The notes below the pieces were generated by a model that saw nothing but the letters and a program-made list of their open reading frames with translations, was not told where the DNA came from and did no database searches. A stretch of DNA of 64,000 bases from Macrostomum hystrix (lineage: Eukaryota > Animalia > Platyhelminthes): contig CATNEN010000028.1 in assembly GCA_950097015.1 (NCBI GenBank), forward strand, positions 310,001-374,000. The letters run 5' to 3'. The position numbers and the translations under genes are program-made. Every line of letters begins with the position of its first letter. Position 1 is the first letter of the stretch. Positions 41,012 to 53,038 of this stretch are shown in pieces.

Positions 41012-42750
41012 TGCTCCACTCTCCCACTCTCCCTCTCCTACTCTCCCACTCTCCCTCTCCTACTCTCCCTCTCCTACTCTCCCACTCTCCCTCTCCTACT
41101 CTCCCTCTCCTACTCTCCCACTCTCCCTCTCCTACTCTCCCACTCTCCCTCTCCTACTCTCCCTCTCCTACTCTCCCACTCTCCCTCTCCTACTCTCCCA
41201 CTCTCCCTCTCCTACTCTCCCTCTCCTACTCTCCCACTCTCCCTCTCCTACTCTCCCACTCTCCCTCTCCTACTCTCCCTCTCCTACTCTCCCACTCTTT
41301 CTCTCCCACTCTCCCACTCTCCCTCTCCCACTCTCTCTCTCTCCCTCTCCTACTCTCCCACTCTCCCTCTCCTACTCTCCCACTCTCCCTCTCCTACTCT
41401 CCCTCTCCTACTCTCCCTCTCCTACTCTCCTACTCTCCCTCTCCCACTCTCCCTCTCTCCCTCTCCTACTCTCCCACTCTCCCTCTCCTACTCTCCCACT
41501 CTCCCTCTCCTACTCTCCCTCTCCTACTCTCCCACTCTTTCTCTCCCACTCTCCCACTCTCCCTCTCCCACTCTCCCTCTCTCCCTCTCCTACTCTCCCA
41601 CTCTCCCTCTCCCACTCTCCCTCTCTCCCTCTCCTACTCTCCCACTCTCCCTCTCCTACTCTCCCACTCTCCCTCTCCTACTCTCCCACTCTCCCTCTCC
41701 TACTCTCCCTCTCCTACTCTCCCTCTCCCACTCTCCCACTCTCCCTCTCCCACTCTCCCTCTCTCCCTCTCCTACTCTCCCACTCTCCCTATCCTACTCT
41801 CCCTCTCCTACTCTCCCTCTCCCACTCTCCCACTCTCCCTCTCCTACTCTCCCTCTCCTACTCTCCCTCTCTCCCTCTCCTACTCTCCCACTCTCCCTCT
41901 CCTACTCTCCCACTCTCCCTCTCCTACTCTCCCTCTCCTACTCTCCCACTCTCCCTCTCCTACTCTCCCACTCTCCCTCTCCTACTCTCCCTCTCCTACT
42001 CTCCCCACTCTCCCTCTCCTACTCTCCCACTCTCCCTCTCCTACTCTCCCTCTCCTACTCTCCCACTCTCCCTCTCCTACTCTCCCACTCTCCCTCTCCT
42101 ACTCTCCCTCTCCTACTCTCCCACTCTTTCTCTCCCACTCTCCCACTCTCCCTCTCCCACTCTCTCTCTCTCCCTCTCCTACTCTCCCACTCTCCCTCTC
42201 CTACTCTCCCACTCTCCCTCTCCTACTCTCCCTCTCCTACTCTCCCTCTCCTACTCTCCTACTCTCCCTCTCCCACTCTCCCTCTCTCCCTCTCCTACTC
42301 TCCCACTCTCCCTCTCCTACTCTCCCACTCTCCCTCTCCTACTCTCCCTCTCCTACTCTCCCACTCTTTCTCTCCCACTCTCCCACTCTCCCACTCTTTC
42401 TCTCCCACTCTCCCACTCTCCCTCTCCTACTCTCGGTCTCCTACTCTCCCTCTCTCCCACTCTCCCTCTCCTACTCTCCCACTCTCCCACTCTCCCTCTC
42501 CCACTCTCCTTCTCCTACTCTCCCACTCTTTCTCTCCCACTCTCCCACTCTCCCTCTCCAACTCTCGGTCTCCTACTCTCCCTCTCTCCCACTCTCCCAC
42601 TCCTACTCTCCCACTCTCCCACTCTCCCTCTCTTACTCTCACACTCTCCCTCTCCTACTCTCCCACTCTCCCTCTCCTACTCTCCCACTCTCCCTCCCCT
42701 ACCCTCCCACTCTCCCTCTCCCACTCTCCCTCTCCTACTCTCACACTCTC
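41012..42750. repeat. Polypyrimidine array (CTCTCCCT/CTCCTA/CTCCCA units)
   Basis: Almost exclusively C/T with periodic A. Confidence 0.96.
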
Positions 42751-44705
42751 AGTCTCATTTTCCCAGTTGTACCCTCGCATCGGGACTACCATTCCGTGAG
42801 TCACAATCTCATCTCGAGATTTCCGCAGCGGGTTTTGCTCGAGTGCTGAGAGTCAGTTATCAGTGTCAGAAACGCTGATATGTCTCACGCGGCCATCCGT
42901 GATGGTCGTGTCGAACAGAATTTTCGGATGCTTGGCAGCAAAGTTGCTTCATATTTAGACGCAATACTTAGTCGCCTGTCTCTCTCTGCCAACAAATTCA
43001 TCAGAGGAAGGCCCAAGGTTCTCCAGTGTGCCAACAGAAGTGCCGCTTCATTAGTGAAGTACCGCCAGCTCAACCACCCCCAACCACAGTTGCATGCCTG
43101 TCTATCGAAATCGTAGTTCTATTTTTTGTCAAGATTCTATCCTTTATACCACAGTATGACCAAATAGGTCTGATCGAATTAGAGTTACAATTTGCGGCTG
43201 CACTGTCACTGAATCTTCGTCTAATACACCAAACTGGAGTGTAATTTGGCTTTTGAAAATAGTCTGCACGTAACACGCCAGCTGTCAATCTTGCTAGAAA
43301 TTACACTCCATCTTTTCTAAAACCCGCGTCCCAACGCCACTCCTACTCCCACTGAGACCAGGTCAGTCGAGAAATAGGGCCCGTCACACTAATTCCCCGA
43401 GCAGTAGACCAGACTAGTATGCAAATCAGATTGGCTTGAAAATGTGATTAACACAATTATAAGTTGTGTAAAACATTGGGCCGACATTGGGGCTTCGGCT
43501 AATCACAAACTCGCAGAGTCCATCTAACTCTAGTCTGGTGTCTAACCCGCCTTCACTTACGCGGCGCAAGTTGGCTGTTTCTATCTAACAAACACTTCGG
43601 CGTCAGCGCCTGTCCCAGCCTGAATCTCAATGAGTCTCAAAGACCGATTGCTCAACTCCCAGCTAAAGAAGGTTTTCCTTGGCTCAGTGCTCACTGGGCA
43701 CAGAGCTAGTAGTGTAATAATAAAACTAATTTTTACTAACGAATCAATCGATTTAGACGGCGGGTCGACAACGAGCTGCGCATGCTGATCAAAGCTACAT
43801 TGAGGAGACTGCGTTTGCTGCTTAGCCTGACCCGGACTGTGTTGGCGAGATCACTGAGATTAACTACTAATTCTAAATATATTCATGGCCGTCTGATGAA
43901 CAATAGGGAGAGTGGGAGAGTGGGAGAGGGAGAGTGGGAGAGGGAGAGTGGGAGAGGGAGAGTGGGAGAGGGAGAGTGGGAGAGGGAGAGTGGGAGAGGG
44001 AGAGTGGGAGAGTAGGAGAAGGAGAGTGGGAGAGGGAGAGTGGGAGAGTAGGAGAAGGATAGTGGGAGAGGGAGAGTGGGAGAGGGAGAGTGGGAGAGGG
44101 AGAGTGGGAGAGTAGGAGAAGGAGAGTGGGAGAGGGAGAGTGGGAGAGGGAGAGTAGGAGAGGGAGAGTAAGAGAGGGAGCTAGTGGGAGAGGGAGAGTA
44201 GGAGAGGGAGAGTAAGAGAGGGAGCTAGTGGGAGAGGGAAAGTAGGAGAGGGAGATTGGGAGAGGGATTGGGAGAGTGAGAGCGGGAGAGGGAGAGTGGG
44301 AGAGGGAGAGTAGGAGAGGGAGAGTGTGAGAGTAAGAGAGTAGGAGAGCGAGAGTGGGAGTGGGAGAGTAGGAGAGCGAGAGTAGGAGTGGGAGAGTAGG
44401 AGAGCGAGAGTGGGAGTGGGAGAGTAGGAGAGGGAGAGTGGGAGAGTGGGATAGGGAGAGTAGGAGAGGGAGAGTAAGAGAGGGAGCTAGTGGGAGAGGG
44501 AAAGTAGGAGAGGGAGATTGGGAGAGGGATTGGGAGAGTGAGAGCGGGAGAGGGAGAGTGGGAGAGGGAGAGTAGGAGAGGGAGAGTGTGAGAGTAAGAG
44601 AGTAGGAGAGCGAGAGTGGGAGTGGGAGAGTAGGAGAGCGAGAGTGGGAGTGGGAGAGTAGGAGAGGGAGAGTGGGAGAGTGTGAGAGGGAGAGTGTGAG
44701 AGTGG

Positions 44706-44899
44706 GAGAGAGAGCGGGAGAGAGGAGAGAGGACACTGCCCTTTGAATTTCAAAAATCTAATGTTTGGAATCGATTCCGATATGTATCGAAAAAATTGAA
44801 ATCAGGATTCGAACCAAGGCAAGTCCAGACGCGTTTCGCTCTTATTGGAGCTCATCAGTAGAGTCTAGCCTAGCGCTCTAGCCATTAGGCTATAGGCGC
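44706..44899 (-). mobile_element. tRNA-derived (Pol III) hammerhead-carrying SINE/retrozyme-like element, most complete copy, followed by a CT-rich tail
   Basis: A-box-like TAGCCTAATGG (44892-44882), hammerhead, B-box GGTTCGAATCC (44815-44805), AT-rich body, then a CT-rich array. About 125 nt are near-identical to 32980-33106 in opposite orientation. Confidence 0.65.
44824..44868 (-). ncRNA. Minimal type I hammerhead ribozyme motif
   Basis: Minus strand reads TCTA-CTGATGA-GCTC-CAATAA-GAGC-GAAA-CGCG-TC|TGGA. It has the complete catalytic core (CUGAUGA, GAAA, UH=UC), a 4-bp stem II, a stem I TCTA/TGGA, and a palindromic helix III ACGCGT. Predicted cleavage falls between 44828 and 44827. Confidence 0.82.
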
Positions 44900-47154
44900 T
44901 TGTTCAAATCCAGCTTTCAATCTCAACATATCGTAATCGATTCGGCAGCGCCCCGCAACTCAATCCATACTCACTCAACTCCGTGGCACTGACTCGGTCG
45001 TACGAGACGCCGGTGCTGGCCTCAGAAAGAGGGAGAGAGGGAGAGAGAGAGCGGGAGAGGGAGAGTAGGAGAGGGAGAGTAAGAGAGGGAGAGTGGGAGA
45101 GGGAAAGTAGGAGAGGGAGAGTCGGAGAGGGAGAGTAGGGGAGGGAGAGTGGGAGAGTGGTAGAGGGAGAGTAGGAGAGTAGGAGAAGGAGAGTGGGAGA
45201 GGGAGAGTGGGAGAGGGATATAGGAGAGGGAGAGTGGGAGAGGGAGAGTAGGAGAGGGAGAGTCGGAGAGGGAGATTCTGTACTCATAAATTGCAATGCA
45301 ATGAAGCCCTGGCCAGCCATGGAATAGAGTGGCAGTGATTGTCGCACCGCCATTGTGTCTAATCAAGTCAGCGCCGTGGACACAATTAGAAGCAAAATGA
45401 TGAACTAAGTGGAATCGGACGCTGAGCTAAGTTTGAGTAGGGTTTGAGCACATCCGCTGGGGTGGGTTGGTTGGGGAACTAACAGTGAAACACTGGTAGC
45501 TCACACAGGTGAGTGATAATTAGTGTGCACGGGCAAGATGGCCTAGCTTTGGTTGGTATGCTTGAGTCACTTCAACCTGTAGGAAAAAGTTTTCCAAGCT
45601 TCTCTCCAGCCCCCTCAACAGTTTTTCTCATTGTTTCTTCGTTTGAAACCAGATATGGTCAGCCCAGTCAGGCAGTCAGTCAGGTCCCAATGTTCTCCCA
45701 ATGCCTATCTACACTCAGCAGTCAGTCTAATGCTTAACTAAAAGCATCTCAAGACGTAAGCTAAGTTTTCTTCAATTAAACTTCATTATGATGAAAAAAA
45801 CGAAATAAAAGACGCGATTGGAGTTCTCGATTTTCAAAATTCTTTTTTTCGTGAGCGCTTCTTTAACTAAGAAATCGGAGCAAAAATGTGCAACTATTAA
45901 GGACGTAAATGTATTTTGTCCATAATTCAATAGCTCGGAAATAATAATTTACTTTCCTTTGGAGAGGGAGAGTAGAAGAGGGAGAGCGGGAGAGGGAGAG
46001 TAGAAGAGGGAGAGTAGGAGAGGGAGAGTAGGAGAGGGAGAGTGGGATAGGGAGAGTGGGAGAGAGAGAGTGGGAGAGGGAGAGCGGGAGAGGGAGAGCG
46101 GGAGAGGGAGAGCGGGAGAGGGAGAGCGGGAGAGGGAGAGTAGAAGAGGGAGAGTAGGAGAGGGAGAGTAGGAGAGGGAGAGTGGGATAGGGAGAGTGGG
46201 AGAGGGAGAGTAGAAGAGGGAGAGTGGGAGAGGGAGAGTGGGAGAGGGAGAGCGGGAGAGGGAGAGTTGGAGAGGGAGAGTGGGAGAGAGAGAGTGGGAG
46301 AGGGAGAGCGGGAGAGGGAGAGTAGAAGAGGGAGAGCGGGAGAGGGAGAGTAGAAGAGGGAGAGTAGGAGAGGGAGAGTAGGAGAGGGAGAGTGGGAGAG
46401 GGAGAGTGGGAGAGTGAGAGTGGGAGAGGGAGAGTAGAGGAGAGAGAGTAGGAGAGGAAACAAAAGAAGCGATTGTAGTTATCGACTTTCAAATTTCATT
46501 TTCTTCTGTTCTTTTTTAACTACGAGATCGGAGCAAAAATGTGCACCAATTATGGACGTACGGGCGTACAAGTTTTGTGTCCACAAATCAATAGTTCTGA
46601 AATAATTATTTAACTTTCTTTGGAGGCCTCTAGCTCATGAAGTTGAAAGCAAATCTATTTTTCGCTCATTAGACTCGGTGACTCGAAGCCTGGCCTGAAG
46701 CTACGAGAAACTATTTTGATGCCTGATGGAGCTCAAGTCGGGGGTCTGGTTGGAATTTTAATTATTAACGAGCTGCCGAAGGCAAATTTTGAGACGGGCT
46801 GCTGCTGCTGCTGCTGCCATTGTTGTTGTCGTTGCGCAAGATGACGCCGAACGCGTGGCAATATGGGGATAAATATCCCCCATACCCCTGTTGCCTTTCT
46901 ATTCCCCCTCTCCACTGGAGAAATCTGCATGCCTTCCACCGCCCCCGAGGCGACTTTGAGCTGCCGAGACCGGACTGACAGCTGAAAGATCAGGGAAGCT
47001 TTACCCGCAGGGCCTCTACTGGGAGATTGAGAAGGTGCTGGTGCTGTTCTCCGGCTAACATTTACAGAGCAGCGAAATTAAGCCGGTTGTGCAACCATGG
47101 TCTCCATGGGGACAGGGCTTGTGTGAGTGATGTCAGTCTTTGTCCATGTAGACT

Positions 47155-47190
47155 AGGCTCTGTACAGCTGTTCAGTCCATGGACTGGGAT
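47155..47190 (-). mobile_element. SINE family A fragment
   Basis: TGTACAGCTGTTCAGTCCATGGACTGGG matches the other copies. Confidence 0.55.
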
Positions 47191-48184
47191 ATTATAATAC
47201 TAATTTGTAAGTTTTTTATCTCGCGAAATAAGTCTCTGGTGAGACTCTGGTGTGTAGCTAAAATAAGAATAATTATGTTTGCATTTGATTGACAAGTGGT
47301 TATGAAACTGGTGCTAATAAAACTGGTCATTAAAAACCCTGCCAAAAATGTTTTGTTTAACTGACATTCGGCTTAGGCAATTATTCTCCTATTTGAGAAA
47401 CTAAATAGGCTATTCTTTCACTCTAGGCGTGAAGTGTCCGCCTTCATTTAACTTGACTCACCCCTCCTGTCCTGCAACCCCATCAATTTTGGCATTCTCT
47501 GGCTACAGAATTATTGCTGCAAAAGCAATTTATAGAAAAAACACGACTTAATAAGGCCTTGCCTTATAGCTAGTGAAGGCTTTGTCAGGCGTGACCAAAT
47601 TCTCCCCCACCCCATTCATGCATCGCCTCGTCTCACTTACTCAGGGATTAGCTCCCTGCTGATCTCCCCAGTCAGTCATTCAGCCTGCAAAGTTTCTATT
47701 TTTTGAGCCAAGAAAAGGAAGCCAGAAAAAGAAGAAGAAAAACGTGTTTCTGACTTGCTCAAACTACCCCTCAAACCCCTCTCTAGTTTAGCAGCAGCAG
47801 CAGCAACAGCAGTTTGAGAACTGCACTCAACAGTTCCGCGACCTGCTTCCTTTGTGGTGACGACGGCGTAGCCTGAGTCTGCTCAGCCGGGGCCTCCGCC
47901 TGTAGCTTCATCCTGTCCCAGAGTCATACTGCTCAACCAGCGAGCAAACAATAGAAGACGGACTTTGCGGCGCTCTGCTTCCTTAGTCTCTTGCCCGCAC
48001 CAGCTGGCGAGACTGCAGGGGCAGGCCTGGCCGTGCCGTGAGACTTCGGCGGCCGGAATTAGCCGCGTGTGGAACTGCCAGCATGCCGAGATTATCCGGA
48101 TTTAAATGGTAAATGGAAAAGTTTGCGCCGAAAGTTCAAATCCGAAATTAATATTTGCAATGAAGTTCAATTAGCTCTTTAAAA

Positions 48185-49000
48185 TGCTTCTGGATACGAT
48201 TCTTGCTGCGATTCTAGCGACGATTCCTGCTAGGATTCTAGCTGCGTTTCCTGCTCCGATTCTAGCTCCGATTCCTGCTGCGATTCTAGATAAGATTTCT
48301 TCTGCGATTCTAGCTGCGTTTCCTGCTCTGATTGTAGCTACGATTTCTTCTGCTATTCCAGCGACGATTCCTGATGCGATTCTAGCTCTGATTCCTGCTT
48401 CGATTCTAGATAGAATTTCTTCTGCGATTCTAGATAAGATTTCTTCTGCGATTCTAGATAAAATTTCTTCGGCGATTCTAGATAAGATTTATTCTGCGAT
48501 TCTAGCGACGATTCCTGATGCGATTCTAGCTCTGATTCCTGATGCGATTCTAGCTCTGATTCCTGCTTCGATTCTAGATAAGATTTCTTCTGCGATTCTA
48601 GATAAGATTTCTTCTGCGATTCTAGATAAGATTTCTTCTGCGATTCTAGATAAGATTTCTTCTGCGATTCTAGCGACGATTCCTGGTGCAATTCTAGCTA
48701 CGATTCCAGCTCCGATTCTGGCTACGCTTCTATGTGTGGTTCTGTATACGATTCCTTCTCCAATCTAGTAAGAATTCTTTGATTCTGGCTACGTTTCTTG
48801 GTGGGATTCTAGATACGATTCCTTCTCCATCTCTAGTAAGATTCCTTCTGCGATTCTATATACGATTTCTGCTGCAATTCTGGCTACGTTTCCTGCTGTG
48901 ATTTTAGATAGGTTTTCTGATATGTTTTCCTGTAGCTCCGATTCTAGCTATGATTCCTGCTGCGATTCTAACTGCGATTTCACCTGCATACTATGCTGGA
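48185..49000. repeat. Degenerate 24-nt minisatellite TTCTTCTGCGATTCTAGATAAGAT
   Basis: Recurring GATTCTAG core; explains the repetitive 194-aa ORF. Confidence 0.85.
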
Positions 49001-49989
49001 TTATAGCTGCATTACCTGCATTGATTTATAAATCCTACAAGACACTGATAGTTTGACCAAAACTCGCAACTTTGTTACGAAAGTTTCTATCAGAAATTAA
49101 TTCCAACCGAAGATCTACAAAGAGAATACTCCAGCCAAGCTCAACTCCGAAAATGGGAGTGGGGGAGTAAAAGACGATTTAAACAGGGGATAAAAGCCTT
49201 TACACAGTCTCATCCCCCAACGAGGGAGGATACATCGGCGAGGATTATGAGATTCCGAGGCCCTCGGGCGTCGACAACTCAAAGGATTATTTGGAGCCGG
49301 TGGAGTCTGGGGCTGCAGCTGCGAGATGGGAGGTAGGAATATTCATTTCTTGAATAAAATGGCAGAAGACCCATGAGTAGAAGAAGAGATTTGCCAAAAA
49401 AGAGACACACGCCCGTTGGGTCGCGGAAAGATATGTCTGGAAAACTCAGAATTGTATTGAATTTCTTCATTCTGCTCCGTTCCGTCTGTCTCGAGTTTAG
49501 TTTCTTTTCAGAGCTCTCTTGCGTAGTGAGGGATGATGCTTAACTCAAAGTTTACTCGAGCATAAAGGGCCGAAAAAAACTGGCTCAACGGGTTAGAGGA
49601 AGACAAACTGGGTCCAAATCCCATGCTCAGCAACACGATATTGTTGACACCCGCTGTGCTAGCCAGTCTCTCTTAAATCTTAACTGAAACTTGCCAACTT
49701 CAGAGACAATTGGGACGAATCGGAGAAACGAGAAAGAGACAGAGAAGGGAAGTACAGGGTTATCCAGTGTCAAATATAGCCCAGTTATCTTTATATCTGA
49801 GCTGCTGAGTTATTGAGTTTTGTTAGCTTATAAAAACTGGAAGTCATTTAATAATGTGAGTTAATAACACAATCAATCAATCATTTAATTATTTGTTCAA
49901 AATATTTACTGAACTTTTCTAGTTAATCAATAAAAACTATAAATCAATCAATTGATCAACAATGTAATTCCATATAATTATCTAATATA

Positions 49990-50440
49990 TGACACCTGCC
50001 CTTATTGGGTCAGGTGTGCAGCCGACAGCACAGCCGCAGCTATTGCGCGGCGCATCTGAAGGCTGCGTACGGCTGTCCAGTCCATGGACCGGATGGACGC
50101 CATACCCACCCTAAATTACCCCAACTGATGCTGGTACCCAGAATCTAAAACTCACAACGGGGTTGTAGCTTAGTAATTGAAGGTCGGGGGTTCGATTCTT
50201 GGCTTCACTGGACCCTATAGTTGATTACACCTGCCTCAATTGGGTCAGATGTGCTGCCGACGGCACAGCTGTTCAGTCCATGGACTGGGAAGACGCCACA
50301 CCCACCCTCAATTACCCCAGCTGATGCTTATAACCCATTTAACAGCTGGGTGAAATGAAGCGATGCAGAGTAAAGTGTCTTGCTATAGGACACAAATTGT
50401 TCCAGTCTAGTCGGGAATCGAACCCCCGACCTTTAAATCA
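49990..50440 (-). mobile_element. Two tandem SINE family A copies (3' fragment 49990-50140; longer copy 50227-50440), with an opposite-strand head fragment near 50165-50210
   Basis: Shared blocks with 2506-2712; B-box at 50424-50413; terminal hairpin ACACCTG-CCC..GGG-CAGGTGT near 49992-50017. Confidence 0.7.
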
Positions 50441-51114
50441 ACAATCTATCTATCAGTCAATCAATTCATTAACAAATTAATCAAACTTCAAGCTTTGCTG
50501 CCATCAGCCGGTATTCTAGTTAAAAATTTTCGCAGAAAAAGTTACTGGTTGTTATTTTAAATTCTAACCACTTCACATATACACACAAAACAACTGATAA
50601 AAATAGACTCAAGTGTGTCTCCTTCACTTATTCGATTGCAGCACAAAAAATGCTCATAACTAGATCAGCCCACTCAGAAAAAAGGACTCACTTTGCGATG
50701 TTAATTAAATTAATAATTAATCCACATCGACCTCGGAGACACAAAAATGAGCAGAAAGTGTGCTCAGCTTGTGTGTTTGAACGAAAAATTATAACCGACG
50801 CCACCGACTATTCACCATCGATGCTTGGAGAGAATGAGTGAGGAGTGAAGTGTGAGAATGACTTGAGTCCAACTCCAATGGAATGTAAGCTGCCCTTGTT
50901 ATCCTTTAATCAAGTGGTCCAGCAATGTTGACCTTCAGCAGCTAACAGACTGTTTCCTAGTCCGGTGTAAAGTTGAGGATATTTCTTTCATGGCCAGCCT
51001 TTTCTAGGAAAAAAACGGGTTGGAATTATCAAAGATTTGCCTGAAATACATTTTCCCCACCTTAGATATCCCATATTTTAAAGATTTTTTTATTTAGAGA
51101 GTGATAATATAATA

Positions 51115-51415
51115 GGGAGTCGGTGGCAGAGCGGCTAACACGTTTGCCTCTCGCACCAAGGTCCCTGAGCTCGATTCCACGGCGAGGCCACATTCATTTG
51201 GGGCGCAGCCGCGGAGAGAAGGCTTGGGGGGCTTGTCGTGCAATTTAGGCCCTTGTGGGCCAACCTCCAAGGCACAGTGAGAGTGTACACTGCCTGAGGA
51301 TGAGAAAGTCAGGGCAGATGTACACACCTGTGTACACAGCTGGCTGCGGGTCTAGTGTCACCAAATGATGTGCCATTACCCGCAGCCCTCCTTAAATAAT
51401 AATTATTATGATAAA
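51115..51415 (+). mobile_element. tRNA-derived SINE family B, near full length
   Basis: A-box TGGCAGAGCGG, B-box-like GCTCGATTCC, internal hairpin, 3' stem GCTGCGGGT/ACCCGCAGC, TAA-rich tail. Homologous to 39862-40125 (-) and 32125-32240 (+). Confidence 0.75.
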
Positions 51416-52857
51416 ATAAAAGAATAGAAATTTCACCTCGCCACACTGGGACTGTATTGATTCTGACGCCGAACTCAATCACTTTATTGGAACTAATTTT
51501 TGCATTAGGCACAGATTCGAACTCCCGACTCACCATTCGAAAGTTCGAAACTCAACAAGCTCCCTGCGGCATAGGCGCTTTCTCTTTACTAAGAATTTTT
51601 TTCAGAAACGGTAAACGCCCCAAAAACACGGGCGCCAAACGATGCGAAATTAGAAAAACAACGCGTGCGCCTCATTGGAGAACAAAGCCGGAAGACCAGA
51701 GAGAGAGAAAGAATCACAGTTGAACAGTAATGCTCAGTCTGCACTGCATGCATCTCGCAATGCTTTACCGAGCTCAATCTCCCCCCCCCTATTCTTGGAA
51801 TAGGGTCCGCTGCAGAGAACCGATCGATGCCTCCTTGCTGCATCCGACAGACCCACCCAGCCCGCCAGTGTATCGGTTTTCATTTCCAGACTCACATTTC
51901 TGTCCTATCTATCGATATCAGCCAAGGGATTGACGAGGGAGAGCAAGGCAAGAAATAACTTTCGATTTGCTAAAAAGCCAAAAAGTCTATGGAAGAATCT
52001 CGACCCAATTTTTTTTCATATTCTTGTGTCTCCTTTATTCGGAGATTTCCTTTGATTTCCCCTGGCAGAGCGGCGAGTCACAAAAATGGCGACTGAAGGT
52101 TTCGGAATGAGACGGGGACAAACGAGATCCTCCGACAACAAAGATCCCTTGTGTGGTGTTTTTAAGTTTTTTCGATAAATCGAGCCGCAGCCATCCACCC
52201 CCCCAACCCACAGTTACCACGGGGATTATTGTCCCAGGGACTAACGATTCCCGTTAACTGCTTTCCCCTCTCTTCCATTCCCCCTTCTCTCTGTGTGTGT
52301 TCCCAATGCCCCTAGCGGGGAGGGCTACTGCGGCCTGTTCGATGCTGCTGCTGCTGCTGCCGCCGCCGCCGCCGCGGCCGCCGCAACCGCTAGCACAGGG
52401 CAGGGTTTTAAAGAACTAATATAGGATTTCAATTTTATCGAATTGCTTCCACCCACCCCGCTGGCGGTCCCACCCCCGGCCCGCGCAGTGTTGGCAGCAC
52501 TATATGTAACCGGTAGGGTTTTACCGCCGGGACCCCTGCGGACGAGAGACCGTCTTCTGCTTCTTTTCTAGGAAATCACGCAGTTGCCAACGCCGCGAAC
52601 AAAGCTGGCAAAGCTGAAATGGCGCCGACTCGTTTGAGCAGCGAAGACAAAACGCCACTGTGAAAGGTAGATAAAAACTCATGCATTGACATTTACATTT
52701 CCTAAACATACATTTTTCGATACATATCGGCTAAACTTTATAATCGAGGTCATAATTATATATATTATCAACGGCAGTATAGGAATAATTGTCACAGTGA
52801 TAAATTGGTAAAATTACAAAGACTTAAAAAATTATAATACCTTCGTACTTTTTAGCA

Positions 52858-53038
52858 ACAGGTCGGGAGTTCGAGTCTCATCGGAGTCCCACGGGGGGGA
52901 CCATTTGTGTCCAAGTGAGCAAGACACTCAAATCCATAATGCAAAAGTTCACCTAGTTCATCAGCTTGGGTAGAAGTTAAGAATGAATGTAGCGGTCTCC
53001 CCAGTCCGTGGACTGAACAGTTGAACGCAGCCTTGGGA
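52858..53038 (+). mobile_element. SINE family A copy
   Basis: GGTCGGGAGTTCGAG head, TGTGTCC..GCAAGACACT body, CAGTCCGTGGACTG at 53002-53015. Confidence 0.65.

Larger units (their letters stand above)
43905..46457. repeat. Three polypurine arrays (43905-44730, 45023-45275, 45961-46457), reverse complement of the 41012-42750 type
   Basis: GGGAGAGGGAGAGT / AGTAGGAGA units. Confidence 0.93.

Noticed and set aside
41000-42849. 599- and 612-aa Ser/Pro/Leu ORFs
   Set aside because: Artefacts of a CT-only array; two frames give the same peptide pattern.
44800-44899. Intact intron-containing tRNA-Ser(AGA)
   Set aside because: D-stem and T-stem pair poorly, position 37 is a pyrimidine, and there is no 3' acceptor strand; treated as a tRNA-derived head.
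48184-48768. 194-aa hydrophobic ORF (SSAILDKI repeats)
   Set aside because: Explained by a 24-nt minisatellite; no splice or domain support.
40905-50895. bantam-like TGAGATCAT (near 40913) and miR-1-like TGGAATGTAA (near 50879)
   Set aside because: Matches stop at 9-10 nt and I saw no supporting precursor hairpin.
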